The translations under genes were made by a program, and so were the position numbers. From TPA_inf: Saccharomyces (taxonomy: Eukaryota): DNA of 64,000 nucleotides. The notes under the pieces are model-generated. The model was not told where the DNA came from. It made no database searches and was given only the letters and a program-made list of their open reading frames with translations. Shown piece by piece: positions 35,640 to 47,126 of the stretch. How positions within the stretch are numbered: the first letter of the stretch is position 1; every line of letters starts with the position of its first letter. The DNA lies in assembly GCA_000146045.2 (NCBI GenBank), contig BK006939.2, positions 224,001 through 288,000 on the forward strand. The letters are read 5' to 3'.

Positions 35640-37461
35640 GCTTTACAACTGTCAATGAGTCCGTTCTCTTTTTCCCTTACTTTATTTTTTTAGAATTAAA
35701 ACAATAACAGAACACTTTCAGTTAACAATGTGTCATTGACTGCCTGGAAAAAAAAATAAAATATCTATAAAACACAAGCAAAATGAAAGTATATTTGGTA
35801 GGTCCCGCTGTATTTATATCAAATGTAACAGGGTATGCAGAAAATCGATATATCCATTTTCCTTTTTATTAAGCAAAATGAAACTAAAAACAAGGAATAA
35901 ACCTAAAAAAGATCTCCTTATTTCGCTAATACCCCTGAAGTCCAACTTTTGGTTAGCCGAGATCTTAGCCGAATGAGATTGTGAAATGCAACCCAAAGTG
36001 ACCGTTGTTGCTAGCTAGCATATGAATGAATCTAAGAACTGGAAAGGCAAGTTAAGGGCCAAAAATAATGACTTGAATATTTTGCAGTATCTACGTTGAA
36101 TTAAAGTATTCTTCGTAAGCGGTACTTTTCACTTGCTACTTGTCACCTTATTACCTATGTGCTGAGAGGGTAATGGTACGATGTTCCTTTTTGACACAAT
36201 GCGTCTTTTCCCTATGCTGTAACAAAAAAAACAAAGGCCGAGGTTCGGATTTCTTAGCAGATCACGTGCTGACTTTTTGGAATACACCGTTAAAATTCTC
36301 ACACGGTTAGTATTTACATTTTTTCAAGAATAGGGTTTTGCCGCTTACCTTGATATGCGGGCGATTTTGCGGGATTTCTGACATCTAATAACTTAGTAGT
36401 CATTGAAGGAACAAAGTTTTAGTCTTATTCGGATGTTTCCCTTCTTATTTTCGAAATGAAGCTTTTTGGAGAGATGGGGATAGGTGGCTTTTTGTGCCTT
36501 CCTCGAATGTCTAGCCGAGTCTTGCGATGGAAGGGCTAGACAGCATGTTTTAGAGATGTAGTAAGTTATATTATAATCATATTATAATTGCCTAAATATA
36601 GACGTATATCATATACAATAGCAAAAATACATAATTACGAACATAAAAATGAAAATAACTTTGGTCAAACAGCGTGAGCTGTCAAACGTATAAATCTTAA
36701 AAAACGTGTATTAAGTATGAGCTAAGAAGGCGCTCATCAATAGAAAACCGGATTAAAAACATCGAAAATTATTGAAAAAATATTAAGTGTAGTGTGGAAA
36801 TGAATGAGTAGAAAAAAGATAAATTAGAAAACAGAACATCAACTTCGTAAATAGTAAAACGCTAAGCCAGACTAGGTAGAACTGACTTTGCATACCTCTC
36901 TTGGCGGCAGTAAGCAGATTAGCTGATTTAAATCACTGCAAGTAAGGAACATCGCTCTTGTTTCTGTTCATGACTGTTCTATGAGCACCAAAGTAGAAAA
37001 CGAAAATGAAAGCGAAAATACTCAAAAAAATCTCTAAATCTTGCATTGTAGTGTGTACTGTGTAGTAAAGCTATTGTTTGTTTTTATTATTTCTATGTAG
37101 AATTCTGTAAAAGGACGAAAAGAATGTTTCCAAGCAGTATGTCTACCTCTGTCGTTGTAGAAGGGATTCCTACTTCTTTATATACAAAATGCACATCGGT
37201 AGAAATATCTAATTCTCTATTTAATTGAATGCATAAGGGGTACCAAAAAATCTCTCTTCACGTCTTATAGCTGAACAGTTATCGGATATAGGCTACCACA
37301 TAAAAGAACAGGGATGTCCTAATACAGCAATCATTTTTTTTTTCATTACGTAAAAAGTAAAGTAAACCATCCATTCTCCCTTCTTTCAGTCAAATGCCGC
37401 AGTCCCTTACATTTCAAACTGAAGCGTCGGGATGAGACTGTAGAAAGAAGTAGGAGTAGTA

Positions 37462-37486
37462 TGCAAAAAAAAAAAAAAAAAAAAAA
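37462..37486. repeat. poly(A) tract of about 25 nt (T-rich on the GIP2 strand) in the long GIP2 upstream region
   Basis: aaaaaaaaaaaaaaaaaaaaaaata read directly. Such tracts are typical nucleosome-excluding promoter elements. Confidence 0.85.
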
Positions 37487-38051
37487 TATAACCTCTGCCG
37501 GAAGTGAAGGCACAAAAATAGCTCTCTCTAAATGGGCGGTGGAAGGGTGTTCAAAAGTAAAGAAATATAGGCGCACTTCTGAAGTCATCGTAGGTGAATA
37601 AGCAAGTCTTTATCGGCATGTTCGGGGTTTTTTTTACCAATGACGATTTCTGTCACTTAACTTTTTAGGCCTTCCGTGGTCGTGTCATAGCAACCCCTAG
37701 TTTTCTCTTCACATTTTGTCGCGTTTCCGTCGCACAGTAAGAGCTGTATAGCGTTGAATGAATGTAAAAAATGCTCACTGAAGGACGGTAGCCTTTACCA
37801 GTCTTTTACGTGCCGAATGCACATTTGTATATACGCCCACACACATCGAAGATCGGCTCCCGATTTCTTGTGAGATATTTATCTGTTTATTTGCTTATTT
37901 GTGATTTATGTATATTTACTTGAAATATTCTAGCATGTTTTAGAGTTATTTATCGGAGTTCGGTCCCAATCATGAGAGTAACTCAGGCCAAGATCTAGCA
38001 AGTCATTTTGCTTTTTATGTCCATTCTTCATCTCCTTCCTTCTGGTTGCCT

Positions 38052-39698
38052 TCATGCTGCCGCCGCGAAGGGATCGTTAAAGCCATCCATTACAACATCC
38101 ACCTTATAATTATTCCCGTTGTTGTTGTCCCAGTACTCTTCGCGCTCATAGTCGTTACGTGTAGAATAATGAATGCAAAATTCTAACTTGCCGCGAGGAT
38201 CCACTTTGCTGACATCATCGATAATGAAGTGGAAAATGTCCATGTTAGTGCCCGGCAATATTCCATCGCCATCACTGATGTAAACGCATTCCACTTCATG
38301 TGTTGTTCTCCAACTATCCCACGTATATCGTACCACCACTCTTTTATCATAGAAAATGTTTTTCACTAGTATCCTTCCAGCAATTAATCTTGTACAGCCA
38401 GCGTTATAACCCTTGGCCACACCATTACAGTCATTACCATTGTGGCTATTGGGAATATTATAAAATGAGGAGGAATTTGAAAAGTAATTGTTGTCTCTAT
38501 GGATGTATAATGACAATTCTTGTAGAAAAACTTTCTTATTTTGTGATAAATTGATAAAAATGTTCAGCTTTAAACTTTTAGGATTCTTGTTGCTTAAAAT
38601 GGGGAAGTTCTTGCTGTATAATCCAACAACATGGTAATTTTTTGAATTACGATCTGAAATTTCATGAGCACCGCCACCATTAACGAATTTTTTATTTGAT
38701 TTTGATGGTGGCATGTCGGTCCTGTTCTTTAGGAGGTTCTGAAATCTTTTACTTTTTCTTAATTTTGTATTGTTGGTGCCTTTACCATTGTTTGGATTCG
38801 AAATTTTAGCAGGATGTGCGAAGCCTTTTGGCGCAACTGTCGTCAAGTCATCATCTATGGATGTCGTTTCTAATCCAGATGATAGCATTTTTGTCTCTTC
38901 TTCCGGGTCCACCATTAAATTCACTGGCTTATGCTTAAAGCTTAGACAATTATCGTGTTGTTCAGTTTTATTAACGTTTATAGGGCTTTCATCCTCAGCA
39001 AAATATTTTACAGGTGCCGCCTGATCAAAGTGAACACTCTTACTCCTAATCAACATCGGACTACCGTCTCTTGCTTGGACACCATTCCCGCTCCTTATAC
39101 CTGGGGTTGTAGGTAATGATTTTGATCTTCTCTTCAATGAGCTCTTCAATAGTTCACCTGACTTTTTATATACAGGTGGCGCAAATGGAATTAGAATTTC
39201 TTCATCATATTCAAAATTCATATCATTGCCAGGTGACTTAGCTTCGGGATATTCTGCTTGAAAAGATTTTGGTACGGTGGATTTGGGGGAAAGGGGAGGC
39301 AGCTCTATTTTGAATGGGGGTCTCGTACTGCCATTTAATGATTCTACGGAAGTGTGATTCTTGGCAGCGGCAATTTTTGACCAGCCGCTCTCATTATCAA
39401 CGTTTTCATCATTCCCTGCGGAGAAAATTCTTTTGTTTAAATCAGTGTTTCTTTGCACTTCTTCCTCTGGGAACCTGTTCGCTCTCATTTGAGTTACTCT
39501 CTGAGGTTTATGTAAAAACTTCAAAGAGTTTAAAGTCTCTTCCGTACTTCCATCTCGTTCTTTGTTGTATAGGTCCGAATTCACTCTGTAACCCTTGAAA
39601 TCTGTTTCAAGATCTGGTAGCTGCTGGTTTTTATTTCTGTCTAGTTTTTCATTCTTCCTCTCAAACTGTTGGGGTTTCTGTTCTGCCTTTATATACAT
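38052..39698 (-). CDS. GIP2: glycogen-targeting regulatory subunit of PP1 (Glc7) with CBM21 starch-binding domain, 548 aa
   Basis: Complete 548-aa ORF. The C-terminal region VVVRYTWDSWRTTHEVECVY...FCIHY is typical of a CBM21/PP1-targeting subunit fold. Confidence 0.82.
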   Translation of the reverse strand: MYIKAEQKPQQFERKNEKLDRNKNQQLPDLETDFKGYRVNSDLYNKERDGSTEETLNSLKFLHKPQRVTQMRANRFPEEEVQRNTDLNKRIFSAGNDENVDNESGWSKIAAAKNHTSVESLNGSTRPPFKIELPPLSPKSTVPKSFQAEYPEAKSPGNDMNFEYDEEILIPFAPPVYKKSGELLKSSLKRRSKSLPTTPGIRSGNGVQARDGSPMLIRSKSVHFDQAAPVKYFAEDESPINVNKTEQHDNCLSFKHKPVNLMVDPEEETKMLSSGLETTSIDDDLTTVAPKGFAHPAKISNPNNGKGTNNTKLRKSKRFQNLLKNRTDMPPSKSNKKFVNGGGAHEISDRNSKNYHVVGLYSKNFPILSNKNPKSLKLNIFINLSQNKKVFLQELSLYIHRDNNYFSNSSSFYNIPNSHNGNDCNGVAKGYNAGCTRLIAGRILVKNIFYDKRVVVRYTWDSWRTTHEVECVYISDGDGILPGTNMDIFHFIIDDVSKVDPRGKLEFCIHYSTRNDYEREEYWDNNNGNNYKVDVVMDGFNDPFAAAA

Positions 39699-40891
39699 TG
39701 TTGCGTTGATGAAATCCTAATAAACTTGGGCTGTAAGAATAAAATTTTGACAAGATATCTGTACCCGTTCCTATTAAACTTGTTTCTGAGTACAACGGAG
39801 ATCTTTTTGATGTTCAGCCTACTAAAAACTATACCTTACAGAAAGAAAAAAAAAAGTCCAATGTGGTTCCTTTCTCCTCAATCAAACAGAATGCCAACCT
39901 TCCTTGTTTCTTTTCCTTTTTTACTACTAAAAGGTTTTATAAACCAGACTTCTCTCTTTAAACGTCCCGTCAACCCTGCCTTTAGTAACTGCTTTCCCGT
40001 CTAGCTTTCTTTTCGTTCCTATTGTTTTAACCGTATTGTATGCAGGTTTACCTTCTATAAATATGCACTGAACTGGAAAGGCTATGTTTGAAAAGCTTTA
40101 GTTTTCTTCTGTTGAACGGATGGGCCCTGTGTTGCTTATTACGCAATGCAGTATATATAAAGGAACTCAACCTGAAGAAGAATATGCAAGATATAGAAAG
40201 ACCGTTGCAATATCGAAATATTTCCTGTTGGATAGAACGAACTTCTTGGCCCCTTCATTGAGAAGCGTAGCTGATACACATTTTTGGTAAAAGACCTCAT
40301 GGTAGCAGCCCCTTTCCCCTTAAAAAGACTTAATATGGCATACTGTTTTTCTTTTATGCGCTTCATTCCACGGCAAAAAGAACCTTTCCCCGCCCCCACT
40401 CTGCGACAGGAGTTTGCCGCCCATCTCCACAATAGGCATAGTTGTCGGTACCTTCCAGCGCTACGTCAGCCTCTTCCGGGCAAAAAATCGACGTAGCATG
40501 GAAAAATGCATTCTAGACAGCTTTATGCGTTACGATCCCCAATCTATGCTCCCTGGGGAGAGTTTGTACAGGTTTTCTCCAAAATAAAAATACCTACAAA
40601 ACTCCGAATATTTATGGGTAGCTCCAGTTTTCGAAAATTGGAGAAATGAAGGGGGTTGAAGAAGAAGGTTTCATGAGCATGAAGACGGTAGTAAAGCTGA
40701 CAAATATGCTACGAAGATTTAACTTCCTGGGGAAGTAGCAAAAAAAAAGAAAAAATATTCACAGAGATAACCTCAAAACACACTTGGGAAGTCATGAGGG
40801 GTAACTTAGAATAAGATAGAACTCTATCAAATTATTGCCTATAAAAAATACAAAATTAATCGGGATTTGGCTTCCCTTTTTCTGTTCTATC

Positions 40892-41785
40892 TTATACACG
40901 ACAATTAGAAATTTCGAAAACCATGATATCAGATGCGCCGAGTCTTTTCAATTCATCTAAAACAACACCCTTCGTTTTTCTCTCAATCATGGAACTAACA
41001 GCAACCCATCCTTCATCGTCAATTTTGGAAATGGTTGGTGCTCTACGGCCAGGCGTCACCTTCAACAGTTCAGGCAGCTTGTCTTCAGGTGCGTTATAAA
41101 TACATGAAACGAACCTTTGAGCGGTCATGACACCTTCAATTCTTGATTTGATAGTAGCAATCAAACTCTTATCGCTCTTTGGGTTCTTTGATTCTATTAG
41201 GTAGGCACTTGTGCTTAGGACGGTGGCAATATCAACTAAACCTGCTGCCCTCATTGTCTCACCACTCTCTACAAGATCTACAATAGCATCACCAATTCCC
41301 AGAGCACATGATGCCTCCACGGAACCACTGACAAACTTTATCCTTGTGGTCATTTTTTCAACAGTAGTACCTTCCAAATCGGCAAAGTATTTTTCAGCAA
41401 GTTTCACGAAACTGGTAACAATGGTTTTGCCAATTAACTGTTCTGGCTTTTTATACTCGCCATTTACGGGGACTTGTACCTGCAATTTACAGTTACCAAA
41501 TTGCAAATCGATTGCTAAGTCTACGTCGACGTTAGATTCACGAACTTGGTCAACACCAGTTATACCAAGATCACATTTACCTTCACCAACAAAAGTTGGA
41601 ATATCTGCAGCGGGCAGAAAGACCAACGCTACAGGTAAGCTTGTGCTTAGTGCAATGTCTAATCTTTGAGAGCGGTGAAAGGTAATATCAGCACCATTCA
41701 AAATAGAAACACTTTTAGAATATAAACGACCTTTCTTTGGGATTGCAAACAGTAGTCTATCGGTTAGATGGTTCACCAAATCCAT
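40892..41785 (-). CDS. HIS1: ATP phosphoribosyltransferase (histidine biosynthesis step 1), 297 aa
   Basis: The translation MDLVNHLTDRLLFAIPKKGRLYSKSVSILNGADITF... matches the HisG family. Length is 297 aa. Confidence 0.93.
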   Translation of the reverse strand: MDLVNHLTDRLLFAIPKKGRLYSKSVSILNGADITFHRSQRLDIALSTSLPVALVFLPAADIPTFVGEGKCDLGITGVDQVRESNVDVDLAIDLQFGNCKLQVQVPVNGEYKKPEQLIGKTIVTSFVKLAEKYFADLEGTTVEKMTTRIKFVSGSVEASCALGIGDAIVDLVESGETMRAAGLVDIATVLSTSAYLIESKNPKSDKSLIATIKSRIEGVMTAQRFVSCIYNAPEDKLPELLKVTPGRRAPTISKIDDEGWVAVSSMIERKTKGVVLDELKRLGASDIMVFEISNCRV

Positions 41786-41962
41786 TTTTCTATTGAATTT
41801 TTTAGAAACCTATCCTTTCTTTTCTATTTTCAAAGATTCAAACCGTTAATAGGAGTAAAATGCCAAAGTTTAGACGGTAAATACTTGCAGTTCACTGCGT
41901 ATAAATGGACTTTCAGGCGAGTATATTCTGCAAAAATATTTTATAAGTTCCAACGGTAGAGG

Positions 41963-41969
41963 TGACTCA
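41963..41969. promoter_or_regulatory. Gcn4 response element TGACTCA (gGTGACTCAc) about 180 bp upstream of HIS1
   Basis: The GCRE core is read directly. A second GAGTCA sits at 42062-42067. HIS1 is a classic Gcn4 target. Confidence 0.6.
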
Positions 41970-42061
41970 CTTGGAAGCTTTTTTTTTCAATCGTTGGCTA
42001 CGTGCGTACACGTGTTTTGCGGTCTCGCTTCGAAATGCCGAAATGAAAGAATTTCCGGGAA

Positions 42062-42067
42062 GAGTCA
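42062..42067. promoter_or_regulatory. second Gcn4-type core GAGTCA (TGACTC on the opposite strand) about 280 bp upstream of HIS1
   Basis: Motif read directly. Confidence 0.45.
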
Positions 42068-42511
42068 CGCTGTTATCAATGACTTTGCAACTAATAAATT
42101 AACTAATAAATATTTTAATTAATTTTTTGACAAGGAGTCTAATACCTCGCATGCTAAACAACCTCTCTAGCCGGGTTGCCGGGTTACATCTCGTTCTCTT
42201 TACGTTCACATAGTCACATAACCACTAGTCACCTGTGCATTCTTACTTTTTTTTTTTCTTTTTGGCTTTTATTGTAAGACTGATATGCAGGCCACAAAGT
42301 CTCAATTAGGTCGCAGCCGTGCAAATTGTCTTGGCATTTTTGAAGTTTTGTATATACCATAGAGATTATCTTTGATATGTTACTAATATTGTAAAATACA
42401 GTTTGTAGCTATTTTTATTAAATGAGATGTCTAAATAGTTTACATGAAATTGCATCTATGATACATGACGTGAAATGTGCACGGGGAAATGATCGCCCTA
42501 ATCATTACTTC

Positions 42512-44113
42512 CTAACGACCGAAGTATTTTAATTCTAAAGGTCTTAAGATGTTGTAGATGATGAAGGCCCAACTTGCACCCAACTCGAACCCAATGTCAC
42601 CACCATATTTACCAATTAAGCGGCCAATTTCACCAACCCAATAGGTTTGACACATACCCAATGCAACACCGAAGGCACCAACAATTAAGGCAGCAGTACC
42701 TGCGATACCGATAGGTAGATGCTCCCAATTATCCCAATCATCAATATTGTAAGCACTGAAGGAACGTCTGTAGAAGAAATGTTCTGAACATGAGATGGCA
42801 ATGTAAATAGCTAAGTAGTAACCGATAGAATCCATGAAATTCTCCATAAAGCCATCAAAGTAATAGGTAGCAGGGATGGAAATACCTAAAGTGGCAGCAT
42901 TACCTGCCATTGTCCAGACTACTCTTGGTATTTTAGCCAAAGGTGCCCACAAAGCTTGAGCGGATAAAGCAACAGTATACATATTTGGAATATTATTTGC
43001 AATAGTGGACAGAGCTAACAAAACGCAGCAGAATTGACCAAATCCGTTCAGAGAGTTAGGAACCAGGATAGCATATATGACACCACCCATAGCATTTTTG
43101 TCATAATATGCCTTCCAGGTTGGGTCATTAAGAGCAGCCATAGCAGAAGCAGCACCAAGAATCATGGTGAAAAATAGAGGGAACGCTAGACCAGCAACTA
43201 GGGAGAAAAAAATCTTGTACTTGTTTGTACTCTTTGGCATATAAACAGTGTAGTCAGCTGCATAGGTCGTCCATCCTGCGGCAAAACCGAAAATAGATGA
43301 ACCAAAAGAAAGAACACTACCTGCAGTAGTTGCACCTCCTACCCATTCACCACCTTTAAACTTTCCTGATCTCGATAGTTGGGCAATAATAACCAAAAAG
43401 ACGGCAAAATTGGGTACCCATGACCATTTCTCGTATGCATGAATGACACTGTAACCAAAAAAAGTCACAAGCACGGTACCACCAATAATGATCAGACAAC
43501 CGGCCCAAATAGGACAGACGTGGCCGGAGCCTTCATTCACCATATTCAGCAGTTGTGCGGATACTGAGGTATTCACAATACCCCAACCGACACAAGCAAT
43601 AACGTTAATAAGAGAGAAAATTCTTGCCGTTACATTACCAACCAGATATCTTGATAAAATCATCTGTCTTAAGCCCAGTTCTGCACCAAAGACAGAAAAG
43701 AACGCAACAAATATCAACCCCATTATATTGAAAAATATGATAACTAAAACACTTTGACCAAAATTTAGACCGAACACCATGGGTCCTAAGGCACCCAAAG
43801 CATATGATGCAATGACCATATTAGCTGAAAACCACATGGACGCAGCATTCAGTATGGAATCGTCCGTTTTTTCATCCTCTGTAACTGGTTCAACACCCTT
43901 TGTTTCTGCATTCAAACTGGCAAAGAACTTATGGAACCACGATAATTTTGTGGCCTCTGATGATTCAACGATATACTGTTGGTCATCTTCGGAAGTTGCT
44001 GTGAAAGTTTCAGAAGCGGCTACCTTCTTTTCGTTTTCCAAGCTTGAGCCTATTACAGGAGATCTCTTCTCCAAGTCTTGGATTTCGTAAACATTATTTC
44101 CCTCTTCCAACAT
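42512..44113 (-). CDS. FCY2: purine-cytosine permease (NCS1 family), 533 aa
   Basis: Twelve-TM NCS1 transporter paralogous to the two ORFs at 50567 and 52572. Motifs GQSVLVIIFFNIMGL and NEGSGHVCPIWAGC are present. Length is 533 aa. Confidence 0.92.
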   Translation of the reverse strand: MLEEGNNVYEIQDLEKRSPVIGSSLENEKKVAASETFTATSEDDQQYIVESSEATKLSWFHKFFASLNAETKGVEPVTEDEKTDDSILNAASMWFSANMVIASYALGALGPMVFGLNFGQSVLVIIFFNIMGLIFVAFFSVFGAELGLRQMILSRYLVGNVTARIFSLINVIACVGWGIVNTSVSAQLLNMVNEGSGHVCPIWAGCLIIIGGTVLVTFFGYSVIHAYEKWSWVPNFAVFLVIIAQLSRSGKFKGGEWVGGATTAGSVLSFGSSIFGFAAGWTTYAADYTVYMPKSTNKYKIFFSLVAGLAFPLFFTMILGAASAMAALNDPTWKAYYDKNAMGGVIYAILVPNSLNGFGQFCCVLLALSTIANNIPNMYTVALSAQALWAPLAKIPRVVWTMAGNAATLGISIPATYYFDGFMENFMDSIGYYLAIYIAISCSEHFFYRRSFSAYNIDDWDNWEHLPIGIAGTAALIVGAFGVALGMCQTYWVGEIGRLIGKYGGDIGFELGASWAFIIYNILRPLELKYFGR

Positions 44114-45422
44114 TCTTATAAATCGTTATAATAGAGGATAGGATGTTTTATATGCGAAATTTATATGGATATTGTTGTGAATACTATTACAGTTAAGCTT
44201 ACTTATCTACATTTCAAAGAAAAATGCCTCCAACGCGTTTTAGACTCACCACTATTTTACTGTCTAAATATTTTTAATGGATATTTATATTAAAACCATT
44301 ATCTTGGTTGGTTCCCTAACATCTTGATCATCGAGAAAAAAAAAAAAAAAAGGACATGAAAAATTCTGACAATGAAAAAAAAGAAATTAAAGACTCATAA
44401 TTATTTATTGATAAGGCGAAGACGTAGCAACTATATGTACGTAGAAGTCAATGGCAATCGCGATAAAGCTGTGCATTAATGACCGAACGCGGGCGGCAGA
44501 CATTTCTGAAAAAGAGTCAATTTGTACGAATACGCCCCCCACTCGGGAAAGGCGATAAAATCGACTGATATTTAGTTCCTTGAGGCCGTTCCATTGGTGA
44601 CAAAAGAAAACATGCCGCTCGATTTTCTAACACTAAGCAAATCCGCAGAGGAGTATTGCAGTCACTTTGACCGAATAAGACCAGTATCCATCGATTTTCT
44701 GTCTTGGATGACCTCTTTGCTGTTCTCCACAGGTAAATCACTTAAAAAAGATATGAGATACGTTAGATTAATTAATTTCAGAAATTAATATGATTACGGA
44801 AACTTGGTTGAAAGTGGCTGAATTTACGACGTAATCTGTCTTGACATCTTTTTTTTTTTCAGCGAGCATTCTCTAGGATTTTTTGTTTACTTTCCACTTG
44901 GATTTTATCTGTAGGCTTTATCAAGTTCCTGTATGTATGGTTGTGCAAGGCACTCTTCTTCATAAAGGAAAAGATGTGTTGAGATTTGTAAGGCTTTTCA
45001 TCAGTGTTAGATCTGAGGTGGTGTTCACATTAAATTAATCGACGCAGGATTTGGCGAAAGCTTCTGGCATAATGTTTGGTGTTTGTGGTGTGTGATTTCT
45101 TTTTTTGATTTTTTCTTTTGCAGTTGTATTCCCATACATTAAATTGTTCGTGGCACATGAAAAAAAAAAAATAAAATATGAACAGGTCTTTTTTATAGCA
45201 GAGTTACGTCGTCTACAGTTGGACAGGCGATTGACTACTAAATTCCCATGGCTATGGATGACGATGATTAATGAAGAAATAGTAGCTCGACAACATTACA
45301 AAAAGCATTATTCATAGAGCGCTAGAGCCATGAAAGTTTTCTTGTGATATGAATTATTTTTATTCGTGCTTTATATAAAACAGTTAATTAGGTACATAAG
45401 AAAAGTAACATTTTCTTAAAGT

Positions 45423-46185
45423 TTATTTCTTAGCCTTCTTTTCAGATTTCTTGGCAGCTTCGGTTTGTTCCTTGACAACCTTCTTGACAATTTTTTGTTC
45501 TTCGATCAAGAAAGCTCTAATAATTCTTTCCTTAACACAGTTGGCACATCTGGAACCACCGTAAGCTCTGGAAACAGTCTTGTGGGTCTTGGAAACAGTG
45601 GCGTATTGTCTTGGTCTCAAAGTAGAGATACCTTGCAAAGCGCTACCACAGTCACCACACTTTGGTCTGGTAGCTAACTTCTTGACATGTTGGGCACGCA
45701 AAATACCACCTGGGGTCTTAACAACCTTGATTTTGTTAGAACGGGTGTTGTCTATTTGAAAATGTTTTCAGAAAGTTGGTATACTTTCTCATTTGAAAAA
45801 TATGTTAGTACGAAATGTTTCAATAGGAAGGAGTTCGAGAAAACTTTAAAAGAAATTTTCGTAACACAGATTGAGATTATTAGCTCTAGTCAGTATCAGG
45901 GTTAAAAGTGGCTGCTCTTATTAACTATCGTTTTTCTTCTCATTGCTACTAATATTGTATTATTTCTGGACACAATATTTCGCGCAGAATAAGTTATTGA
46001 TAGTGGATTACAAAAACGGGGTAAATTGCTTTTGATAACTATACTAGGACCCCTGACATGGTATCCTCTCCTCTCTTGCTCTTTTTTAGTTGAATAATCA
46101 TCATCTCGTCAGAATTTCTCGTAATTTATAAGTGTGCCTTTAACATACATGGATTTCTTCTTCTGAAAGTAACACGTTGGGCCAT
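45423..46185 (-). CDS. RPL34A: ribosomal protein L34e; exon1 46149-46185, intron 45752-46148, exon2 45423-45751; 121 aa
   Basis: Exon 1 ATGGCCCAACGTGTTACTTTCAGAAGAAGAAATCCAT is followed by the 5'SS GTATGT (46148-46143, minus strand). The branch point TACTAAC is at 45810-45804, and the 3'SS is ...aaatAG|ACAACACCCGTTCTAAC. The spliced product is [37 protein letters not shown]...KKAKK. Total is 366 nt. Confidence 0.9.
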
Positions 46186-46486
46186 CTTTGGTTGTTCTGT
46201 TATGCAGTCTACACGTTAATACCGTTTAACACTAAGCGTAATTAATCTATAATATTTCAATTCCTTCTAGATAATATCCTCTGCGCCTAGGCTCACGAAA
46301 TTACACGGAGGAAGCGTCGACCAGGCGACTCGTTGGTAGGGGACCAAGCGCGAGTAACTACCAGAATCGCCTTGGCTCAGTAGAAAATGACGGCCTAAAG
46401 GGAACCTAGCGGGGGAGCGTAGTCGTAAGCGGGAACAGCGAAAGTCAAGCTTCTTTTTTTTTTCACAATATATGGAAAAAAATTTA

Positions 46487-46500
46487 TCACCCATACATAC
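46487..46500. promoter_or_regulatory. Rap1 binding site tCACCCATACATAc about 300 bp upstream of RPL34A
   Basis: Matches the ribosomal-protein-gene Rap1 consensus ACACCCATACAT. Confidence 0.6.
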
Positions 46501-46736
46501 CACTAAATGTGTTATATATTTGAGAACACCTTTACATCCTAATGTTTAATGGAAAAAACAGTCCTCGAAGAGCATCGTATTTGTAGAAGGAACCAAGTAA
46601 ATTAGTATACAATGTACAATGTACATTCTTCAGATGGGAAGGTGATGAAAGTCATACTTCTATGGGCTTTATATTATAAAGCTAAAAAATACGTAGTAAA
46701 ATCCTAAGTTCTAAAAGACGCTATTAAGACTTGCCC

Positions 46737-47126
46737 TTAATCTCTTTCGGCAGCAATGGCTTCCATTTCCATGTCAACGCCTAATGGCAATGCTGCAACA
46801 GCAACGCATGATCTGGCAGGTTTGTGAGTATTGAAGTACTTGGCGTAAACGGAGTTAAACTCAGCAAAGTGATTGATATCTGCCAAGAAAATGTTAACTT
46901 TTACGACCCTGTCCAATGAGGAATTGCTTGCTTCTAGAACATTCTTAATGTTTTGAATCACCTGTTCAGCCTTATCAGCAATGGAACCTTCAACTAACTT
47001 GTTGTCTGGGGTCACTGGAATTTGGCCAGAAAGGAAAATCAAATTGTTCACTTTCATGGCATGGGAGTATGAAGCCGCAGCAGCTGGAGCGGATTCACAA
47101 ATAACGGGAGTTAGCGTGGTGACCAT
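46737..47126 (-). CDS. HMF1: RidA/YjgF/YER057c-family reactive enamine deaminase, 129 aa
   Basis: The translation MVTTLTPVICESAPAAAASYSHAMKVNNLIFLSGQIP...AIAAERD is a RidA fold. The ORF-track start at 47195 is an upstream in-frame extension. Confidence 0.82.
   Translation of the reverse strand: MVTTLTPVICESAPAAAASYSHAMKVNNLIFLSGQIPVTPDNKLVEGSIADKAEQVIQNIKNVLEASNSSLDRVVKVNIFLADINHFAEFNSVYAKYFNTHKPARSCVAVAALPLGVDMEMEAIAAERD

Noticed and set aside
41211-41669. 152-aa plus-strand ORF antisense to HIS1, plus similar antisense ORFs inside YEN1 (10095-10580), PCL6 (49040-49513), SAH1 (11782-12012), CAJ1 (23004-23927) and ICL1 (61842-62099)
   Set aside because: All are embedded in well-supported genes on the opposite strand. 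They have no start-codon context, no domain hits and poor yeast codon usage.
46267-46503. 78-aa minus-strand ORF inside the GC-rich block upstream of RPL34A
   Set aside because: It has no ATG context and no motif, and lies between RPL34A's Rap1 site and TSS. I kept the GC-rich block as a finding (possible RNA/regulatory element) but do not call a CDS.
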